Part shown: in pieces, positions 7,185-12,378 of the stretch | How the letters are laid out: the number at the start of each line of letters is the position of its first letter | How positions within the stretch are numbered: position 1 is the first letter of the stretch | Assembly: GCF_035285525.1 (NCBI RefSeq) | Contig: NZ_JAYKGW010000021.1 | Coordinates: forward strand, 1-12,378 | Origin: Okeania sp. | Lineage (GTDB): Bacteria > Cyanobacteriota > Cyanobacteriia > Cyanobacteriales > Microcoleaceae | Reading direction: 5' to 3' | Length of the DNA stretch: 12,378 nt | Position numbers and translations under genes: made by a program | Notes under the pieces: model-generated | What the model saw: only the letters and a program-made list of their open reading frames with translations | Databases searched by the model: none | Told to the model about the DNA's origin: nothing

Positions 7185-7225
7185 ATTTTAAGCAAAAAAA
7201 AATCATTTTTACCGAAAAATTGAGG

Positions 7226-7263
7226 TAATTATTAATTATTAATTATTAATTGTTAATTATTAA
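7226..7263. repeat. Heptanucleotide tandem repeat (TAATTAT)x5.4
   Basis: The repeat reads taattat taattat taattat taattGt taattat taa. The period is 7, as in the STRR-type repeats of heterocystous cyanobacteria, but with a different, AT-only unit. Confidence 0.9.
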
Positions 7264-7775
7264 GGTACATCTTTCTCAGAAAAATTACTTAAATTTTAAA
7301 TTTTACGGATAAATCAATAACCTAATTGGATTAAGTACAATAGTAAAGTTAGTCATCCTAACTAATAACTAATTGTCAATTTTTTTAGCTAGGCTGAAGC
7401 AAGAGTCAATCAAAATTACTTACTGAAAACCAAAAACTATGGTTTTTAGTCCCACCTAAGGGATAATCCCTATAAACCTTGTATTGTACATAATCTTGTT
7501 ATAGTGTCTTAGTCTCAGCCTAAGTTAATTTCCATAGTCAAAAAATCTTGATTGGCATTAGCAAATCAGGCCCAAATCACTATGTTATAGTTGAATATAT
7601 GGCCATTAAAAGCAAAGCAGTTAGAAGTTAAATTTTTGTTCTGACTAATTTTGAGAACTATGATCATGCCTTAATTGCTCAGACTATGAGATTAACTATT
7701 TTTTAATCTAAGATTAGAACTTCTATAATCATTTGTATTTACCTAAATTCCCACAAGGGATGTATCTCCGCTGCT

Positions 7776-7780
7776 AGGAG
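7776..7780 (+). promoter_or_regulatory. Shine-Dalgarno-like AGGAG for the 7786 ORF
   Basis: AGGAG is followed by a 5-nt spacer (tcttt) and then the ATG at 7786. This supports the annotated start. Confidence 0.5.
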
Positions 7781-7785
7781 TCTTT

Positions 7786-8994
7786 ATGAATTCTTCTGTT
7801 AATCACTCCCAAAAAACAAATAAATCTACAACATCTCACGAGGCCCTTCCTAGTGAGCAAACTATTAATCAATCAGACGTTAAGCAAAATCTTTCCCAAC
7901 CAACTAATGGCCTAAGTCACGAGAGCAATGGGAAATTAATAAATGAATCTTCAGACACAGATATGGCTAAAGAATTATATCAAAAAACTGATAATAATCA
8001 GACTTTAGCTGTGATGGATACTAAGTCATTAGATTCTGCCAAATCTCAGGACAAAGAGCCAATTGAAATAGACACTCCCACTGAAAATAGTATGATTGTA
8101 CGCCAACATCCAATTGCTCCCCCTAGCGAACCAAAACAGTACCGAGCTATAGGTTTAGTTCGGGGTTGTTATCAACCTTCTACTGAACAATTTACACGAG
8201 GTAACTTACGAACATCAGATGGTTCAGAAATAGATGCTGTACTGTTAGGTAGGGTAATGAGTTTATTAAAAAATCATATAGATCTACAATCAGAGCATCT
8301 CTGGGTAGTTTATCCTCGTACCAGACAAGAGAATAATGACCTACATATTCAAATTATGGGGGTATGGGAACCAGAAACCCTAACAAAAGTTAGAAACAAT
8401 TCTACTGAATTAACAGATGAAGAAGAGAATGAAATTTTTGGTTCTGAAGAGGATCAAATTCAAGAAAAAATACCAGCAACAGAAAATATAGATAACTCTG
8501 AAATAACTACTCTTATTCCTACTTCTGAAATTCAAACAGATAATTTAGATGATGGTTATTTTTCTATCCGAGGAGAAGTAATTTATCAATCTCAAGAAGA
8601 AGAATATGTGATAGTAAAGGTACAACAATCAGCTCGCAAAGGTGAAGAAACTCCCAAGTTTTTTAAGTTAAAACTCAAAGGACATTTAGGCGATCGCCCA
8701 TTAAATCGTTTTTGGGATTTACATATTCAGCGGCAGAATACATCTCTTGTGATTCAATATGGTAATGATATTGGTAGTTTATTCCTAAATAATCGTCGCC
8801 CATATCCATCAAGGGGCAAGAAAATATTTAAGAGAAATAATAACAATAATGATGGTGATAATAGGAGAAATATTTATCCTAAAACATCTCATGGCAAAAG
8901 TGATAGTTATGGAACAAATTCAATTCCTATTCGTAAAGAGCCTCTACCTAAACCAACTAAAAGAAATAAAAAAACAGATGAACCAAATAATTAA
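7786..8994 (+). CDS. Hypothetical protein with a polar disordered N-terminus, two conserved-looking beta-rich core segments split by an acidic linker, and a basic C-terminal tail
   Basis: The ORF is 402 aa with a good RBS. Ordered-looking segments are ..QYRAIGLVRGCYQPSTEQFTRGNLRTSDGSEIDAVLLGRVMSLLKNHIDLQSEHLWVVYPRTRQENNDLHIQIMGVWEPE.. and ..GYFSIRGEVIYQSQEEEYVIVKVQQSARKGEETPKFFKLKLKGHLGDRPLNRFWDLHIQRQNTSLVIQYGNDIG.. Low-complexity S/T/N/Q, D/E and K/R/N regions surround them. One HIP1 site lies inside the gene. I recognise no family. Confidence 0.8.
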   Translation: MNSSVNHSQKTNKSTTSHEALPSEQTINQSDVKQNLSQPTNGLSHESNGKLINESSDTDMAKELYQKTDNNQTLAVMDTKSLDSAKSQDKEPIEIDTPTENSMIVRQHPIAPPSEPKQYRAIGLVRGCYQPSTEQFTRGNLRTSDGSEIDAVLLGRVMSLLKNHIDLQSEHLWVVYPRTRQENNDLHIQIMGVWEPETLTKVRNNSTELTDEEENEIFGSEEDQIQEKIPATENIDNSEITTLIPTSEIQTDNLDDGYFSIRGEVIYQSQEEEYVIVKVQQSARKGEETPKFFKLKLKGHLGDRPLNRFWDLHIQRQNTSLVIQYGNDIGSLFLNNRRPYPSRGKKIFKRNNNNNDGDNRRNIYPKTSHGKSDSYGTNSIPIRKEPLPKPTKRNKKTDEPNN

Positions 8995-9074
8995 CTTTTT
9001 TTAAGGTTTAGAGTGTTATTCTAATATCAAATTTGCTGACTTTAGACTTTTATAAAAAAACTCAGTTTATGAGG

Positions 9075-9098
9075 GTCATTTCAGTTAACTGAAATGAC
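9075..9098. terminator. Perfect 24-bp palindrome between convergent genes; candidate bidirectional terminator hairpin
   Basis: GTCATTTCAGTTAACTGAAATGAC forms a 10-bp stem with a 4-nt loop. It lies 8 nt beyond the stop of the minus-strand DUF39 gene. On the minus strand it is followed by a small ctca/tgag hairpin and T7. On the plus strand it is followed by tgcttgttt. The U-tracts are not immediately adjacent, so this is not a textbook intrinsic terminator. Confidence 0.45.
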
Positions 9099-9105
9099 TG
9101 CTTGT

Positions 9106-10260
9106 TTAACGTTCCAGAAATGGTAAAAAACTTGTATCCATAGGCAGTGGAGCAACTGATTCAGTTAAAGTAAATTCTCGGGCTTTAATCCAGTTTTTTA
9201 ACTCCAAAGCAATCTGATGAGATAGGTAAATACTCGAAAGTGGAGCAGTTTTTACAACTTTGCCCTCTATCTTCATCCGACCAGATTTGAGTTGAGCATA
9301 ACTTACTAGACCAAAAGTTGGACGTACTCGCCGAGGAATAGAAAAATCAACAACTGGTGCTACGATATCTTGGTCTTGAATAGCGCAGTTAGCTACTACT
9401 TTTTCGTTCAAGACAGGTAGAGGAATACCCACACCTAACATAATTGATGGACCATAATTTTTAAAATAACAACCACGCACCCATTGAGATTGCATTTGTT
9501 TAGCATCTCCAATCAGGGCTAGTGTTGCAGCAGGCCCAATAGGGGTACGATTAGCAAGACGTTTTTGCAGAGGAAAGTGCTGAGTACCTTCCCAAGTGAC
9601 ATATCCAATACCACCACCCAAAAATATCCGAGTACCAATACCAATTACTTCTAAATCTGGGTCATTGAATAATGGGGAAATAGCACCAGGATTAGAATAA
9701 ACTGCATTACCTAAGTTGGGCATTAGAGGGCCAAGATAAGTAAACAGTGGACGTTCACCACCATTAACACCAACTATAAAGTTTTGATATGAATTTCGTG
9801 GATTAAATAAGTAAAACTGGTTAATTGTCTCACGGGTAATGGTCGTTTCAAAAGTACCCCGTGGATAACAATCAGTTACTTGTCCAACCGCTCTGAGGTT
9901 GATAGGTTTACCAGCAATTAGGTCTTCGATTACATGGCCACCACCTCTTTCTTTAGATTCTTCAGCATCTTCAGCTATTTGAGTTGCCCCAAGATACAAA
10001 TCTACGGCTCCAAAACCTGAGTAAGCCGGGATTCCATCTAACCAACAGGAGCGAATTTTCATGGGGGGGTCAGTATGGCCTAAGTTAATGATAGCTCCAG
10101 AGGATTCCATGGGCTCGAAAGTTCCAGTTGTGATGACATCAACTTCTTTTGCTACTTGGGTAATACTGGTTTCACTAATTCTGGCTTTGAGTTCTGCTAT
10201 TGTCCAGACAATGACTTTTTTATTTAAAATTTTATCATTAATTTCAGCAATTGTTCTCAT
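9106..10260 (-). CDS. DUF39 / COG1900 family protein (homocysteine biosynthesis, sulfur-incorporation type), without CBS domains
   Basis: The 384-aa product shows the family's characteristic motif series along its whole length. These include EVDVITTGTF.PM.SSGA.IN.GH.DPP.K, AY.G.GAVD.YLGATQ, GGGHVIEDLI.GK, TDCYPR, NPRN.YQN, PL.NDP....IGIGTRIFLGGG.GYV.WEGTQH and GCY.KNYGPS. It has an ATG start and a TAA stop. Confidence 0.88.
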   Translation of the reverse strand: MRTIAEINDKILNKKVIVWTIAELKARISETSITQVAKEVDVITTGTFEPMESSGAIINLGHTDPPMKIRSCWLDGIPAYSGFGAVDLYLGATQIAEDAEESKERGGGHVIEDLIAGKPINLRAVGQVTDCYPRGTFETTITRETINQFYLFNPRNSYQNFIVGVNGGERPLFTYLGPLMPNLGNAVYSNPGAISPLFNDPDLEVIGIGTRIFLGGGIGYVTWEGTQHFPLQKRLANRTPIGPAATLALIGDAKQMQSQWVRGCYFKNYGPSIMLGVGIPLPVLNEKVVANCAIQDQDIVAPVVDFSIPRRVRPTFGLVSYAQLKSGRMKIEGKVVKTAPLSSIYLSHQIALELKNWIKAREFTLTESVAPLPMDTSFLPFLER

Positions 10261-10438
10261 TTAATACTAATTTGAAAAATGTTTGTTATAGAAGGAAGAA
10301 TGAATAATTGATAATGAATAATTACCTATAGTTAAAACTGAGAGGATTGAATCAAGTGTAGAAATTTTATTTCTCTTTTCTCTTTAAAAGGAGAGACTTT
10401 CAAATTCTGAGGATTAACTATCAATTATCCATTGGTAA

Positions 10439-10458
10439 GGATGTTGTATGCAACATCC
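10439..10458 (-). other. 8-bp stem / 4-nt loop hairpin at the predicted 5' end of the DUF39 transcript
   Basis: The plus strand reads GGATGTTG tatg CAACATCC. The hairpin sits immediately downstream (minus strand) of the candidate promoter at 10465-10494. Confidence 0.5.
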
Positions 10459-10464
10459 CTACAG

Positions 10465-10494
10465 AATATAGCAATCCTATTTTATTTGTGTCAA
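10465..10494 (-). promoter_or_regulatory. Candidate sigma70-type promoter for the DUF39 gene (TTGACA-18 nt-TATATT)
   Basis: The minus strand reads TTGACA caaataaaataggattgc TATATT. The -35 is a perfect consensus match. This would place a TSS near 10458 and give a leader of about 200 nt. It is pattern-based only. Confidence 0.35.
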
Positions 10495-10564
10495 AAATTT
10501 AGTTGCTTTTAGGGAAAAGGTAGGAGTTTCAGTGTTTTTATTTACTTTTTAATTTGTCACAACT

Positions 10565-10673
10565 TACAGCAGATTCTAGATACATGAAGTAGAGATATTC
10601 AGAATTAAATGTTGGTAAGTAGGGGATATCTTGCCCGCGACTGGTGTACTTCACCGAAATAGAATCTGCTGTA
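10565..10673. repeat. MITE-like element: 109 bp bounded by perfect 14-bp terminal inverted repeats
   Basis: TACAGCAGATTCTA (10565-10578) pairs with TAGAATCTGCTGTA (10660-10673). A further internal pairing is TGAAGTA/TACTTCA. The outermost TA on each side could equally be a TA target-site duplication flanking 12-bp TIRs. The element has no coding capacity. It lies 38 nt beyond the stop of the AI-2E gene. Confidence 0.5.
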
Positions 10674-10710
10674 TTTTAGGTTGACTATATCTCTAAAATT
10701 AAATTATTCA

Positions 10711-11871
10711 TTATTCATTATCCAATAGTGTATCTTCACTGATGCTTCCTGTTAATTTTGTAATTTCTGAATCAATTTTTTCTTCTACAAAGTTAGTTGT
10801 TTCAGAAACAGAATTAATCTCCTTTATTTGAGGAAGAAAATCATCAATTTGCCATTTATCAAGAATATCTGTGATTAATAATTCTTTCATCCAGACTTCA
10901 CAAATAATTGTTAAAGGTAAGGCTAATAAAAGTCCTGAAAAACCAAAATATTTAGCAAAAAATACTTGAGCAATTAAAGTAATTGCAGGTAATAAAGAAA
11001 CTTTTCTGGCTATCAAATAAGGATACAAAATATTAGTTTCAATTTGTTGAATAAGAATGTAAATAATTAAAACTAAAGCAGATTTTACAGGTGAGTCTAA
11101 AAGAGCGATCGCTATGGGAGGAATCACACTTATAGTCTGTCCAATATGTGGAATTAAAGTTAATAATCCTGCTAAAACAGCTTGAGCTGAAGCTAGGGGA
11201 ATTTTCAAGATAGATAAACCAATAAAACTGAGTAAAGCAATTACACTCATATTAAATAAAGAACCAATTATCCATCCTCCCAAAGCTATTTCACAATTAT
11301 CTAAAATTAAGTTCACTCGTTGCCGATAAAAAGAGGGAAATAATTTGATAAATCCTTGACGATAGGCAATTGGATTTGCCAACATCATTATACTTAAAAC
11401 TAGAGTTAGTAATAAGCTGAGAAATATGCCAAAAGTGTTACCAACAAATGCTCCAGCATTATTAATTAATTGATTAAATATTGGTTGCAGTTGAGGAATA
11501 AATTCATTAATATCAATATTTGGTAATTGCTCTCTAAATTGATTAGGTAATTTATCTTTAAGTATATTCAGCCAATCATTTAATCTGTTAATTCCCTGGG
11601 GAACCATAGTCATTAGTTGTTGAAATTGTTCTGTTAAAGGGGGAACAATTACCCAGAAAAAAGTGATAATTAATAAGATAAATAAGCTGACTGAAATTAA
11701 TACAGCAAAAGGTCGCTTAATTCGGAAATTTTGGAGCCATCTGGCTAGTTTATTCAAAGTAGTAGCAATTACTACGGCAGTAAATACTAACAATAGTAAT
11801 TGACGAATTTGCCACAGTATGTATATGGAAGCAAGAGTGATAAATAGACCAATCCAATTACCTAAGTTCAC
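10711..11871 (-). CDS. AI-2E family transporter (PerM/UPF0118-type permease)
   Basis: The 386-aa product has about 7-8 hydrophobic segments. The N-terminal pattern (LLLLVFTAVVIATTLNKLARWLQ) and distal pattern (..LLTLIPHIGQTISVIPPIAIALL..ILIQQIETNILYPYLIARKVSLLPAITLIAQVFFAKYFGFSGLLLALPL..) are typical of the family. The start is a GTG at 11871. The TAA stop is followed directly by TGA. One HIP1 site lies inside the gene. Confidence 0.88.
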   Translation of the reverse strand: MNLGNWIGLFITLASIYILWQIRQLLLLVFTAVVIATTLNKLARWLQNFRIKRPFAVLISVSLFILLIITFFWVIVPPLTEQFQQLMTMVPQGINRLNDWLNILKDKLPNQFREQLPNIDINEFIPQLQPIFNQLINNAGAFVGNTFGIFLSLLLTLVLSIMMLANPIAYRQGFIKLFPSFYRQRVNLILDNCEIALGGWIIGSLFNMSVIALLSFIGLSILKIPLASAQAVLAGLLTLIPHIGQTISVIPPIAIALLDSPVKSALVLIIYILIQQIETNILYPYLIARKVSLLPAITLIAQVFFAKYFGFSGLLLALPLTIICEVWMKELLITDILDKWQIDDFLPQIKEINSVSETTNFVEEKIDSEITKLTGSISEDTLLDNE

Positions 11872-11947
11872 AGAAATTATCGTTAAATTATGGGTTGATA
11901 GTATATTGATTATGAAATAATTTATGAAAAAAAGTTGTAGGAGTTTA

Positions 11948-11992
11948 GTTTGGTCTCTTAATTCTATGTTGACTTGAATTTAGAGACCAAAC
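11948..11992. other. Stem-loop: 11-bp perfect inverted repeat with a 23-nt loop
   Basis: GTTTGGTCTCT (11948-11958) pairs with AGAGACCAAAC (11982-11992). The hairpin sits between the small-ORF cluster and the AI-2E gene, all on the minus strand. On the minus strand a T7 run follows about 17 nt later. Confidence 0.5.
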
Positions 11993-11998
11993 CTCATT

Positions 11999-12018
11999 TC
12001 AGTTATCAGTTATCAGTC
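11999..12018. repeat. Heptanucleotide tandem repeat (TCAGTTA)x2.9
   Basis: The repeat reads tcagtta tcagtta tcagtc. It has period 7 and is STRR-like. Confidence 0.8.
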
Positions 12019-12028
12019 TTCAATTTCA

Positions 12029-12277
12029 TCAATTTTCACCTCCAAATTTATCTAATAGTTCTTCACGGGAAAATTTTAACATTAAGGGCATTAATTATGG
12101 TAAAAATAAAGATAGTAAAGATTCAATAATTACCTCTAGTTTGCTATCCAATTTACCAAAATAAATACAAGTAAGTCTTCCAGCATTTCTCGATATCCTT
12201 ATTGTATTTCCGACTGAGTAGCTGCTTCTAAATTTTTGGAAAAAAGTGGTGATAATTGCATCATTTTTCTCCTCCAA
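12029..12277 (-). pseudogene. Small ORF paralogous to the edge ORF, interrupted by an in-frame TAA (12095-12097)
   Basis: The minus-strand frame reads (TTG)EEKNDAIITTFFQKFRSSYSVGNTIRISRNAGRLTCIYFGKLDSKLEVIIESLLSLFLP*LMPLMLKFSREELLDKFGGEN*. The EVIIE core and the SR(D/E)ELL..FGGE tail match the upstream copy. The only possible start is a TTG, and there is an internal stop. Confidence 0.3.
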
Positions 12278-12378
12278 ATCTAGCTAATAATTCGTCACGA
12301 GATAAATTAGATAACTGTAAAATTAGTCTGGTAAAATCCTCTTTTGGCAACTTCATAATTTGTTCAATAATTACCTCT
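12261..12378 (-). CDS. 3' end of a small hypothetical ORF (N-terminus outside the window)
   Basis: The minus-strand frame is open from the window edge. It reads ..EVIIEQIMKLPKEDFTRLILQLSNLSRDELLARFGGEK* with a TGA stop at 12263-12261. Support comes from paralogy with 12029-12277, including 16 identical nt TTCAATAATTACCTCT at 12363-12378 and 12122-12137. Confidence 0.35.
   Translation of the reverse strand, partial: EVIIEQIMKLPKEDFTRLILQLSNLSRDELLARFGGEK

Noticed and set aside
7480-7500. Possible NtcA-type site (GTA-N8-TAC) in tgtattgtacataatcttgtt upstream of the orphan gene.
   Set aside because: Neither GTA triplet is followed by TAC after 8 nt (they give aat and tgt instead), so the consensus is not met.
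7391-7525. 8-nt inverted match TAGGCTGA / TCAGCCTA about 120 nt apart in the long intergenic region, as possible sRNA or MITE ends.
   Set aside because: The match is too short to exceed chance in a 700-bp region. There is no supporting internal structure or flanking duplication.
10061-10264. 67-aa plus-strand ORF antisense to the 5' end of the DUF39 gene.
   Set aside because: It is embedded antisense in a strongly family-matched gene, with no supporting signals.
10311-10714. 13-bp perfect inverted repeat ATAATGAATAATT (10311-10323) / AATTATTCATTAT (10702-10714) bracketing nearly the whole permease-DUF39 intergenic region, suggesting a roughly 400-bp MITE.
   Set aside because: The sequence is AT-only and internally repetitive (TGAATAAT tandem units), so chance matches are plausible. 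There are no flanking target-site duplications. The right copy overlaps the permease stop codon.
1-12378. A defence island, prophage, retron, DGR or toxin system as the hidden novel system.
   Set aside because: There is no reverse transcriptase, nuclease, ATPase/helicase, methyltransferase, integrase, transposase or phage-like ORF in any frame of 60 aa or more. No template/variable repeat pair relates to the RTX protein or any other gene. The genes are mostly separated by large gaps or are convergent or divergent, with no operon-like clustering. Only the truncated small-ORF pair at the right edge remains open.

Overview
Visibly AT-rich chromosomal DNA with hallmarks of a filamentous (Nostocales-type) cyanobacterium. 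These are five HIP1 octamers GCGATCGC (starting at 3913, 4598, 6601, 8690, 11105), heptanucleotide tandem repeats, and GC-rich GGGGCGGGTTT/AAACCCGCCCC hairpin elements. There are seven well-supported protein genes. (1) A 5'-truncated giant DUF11-repeat plus RTX calcium-binding exoprotein (3..3833, +). (2) A small CoA-binding protein (4322..4738, +). (3) A polytopic membrane protein (4735..5412/5433, -). (4) A membrane-anchored TPR protein with an acidic tail (6064..7077, -). (5) A 402-aa orphan with disordered ends and a bipartite conserved core (7786..8994, +). (6) A DUF39/COG1900 homocysteine-biosynthesis-type protein (9106..10260, -). (7) An AI-2E/PerM-family permease (10711..11871, -). At the right edge, on the minus strand, lie two tandem paralogous small ORFs, one interrupted by a stop and one cut by the window. 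I see no rRNA, tRNA, CRISPR, transposase, integrase, phage gene or recognisable defence enzyme, and gene order does not suggest an operon-like system. I therefore cannot support a claim of a new multi-gene system here. The most unusual items are four. First, a 587-bp nested array of two hairpin-element families sharing the same arms (5463..6049). Second, the orphan 402-aa protein behind a 700-bp ORF-free region. Third, a stand-alone DUF39 gene with a long, possibly structured upstream region. Fourth, the tandem small-ORF paralogs at the edge. All product calls rest on motif recognition by eye, with no database search run.
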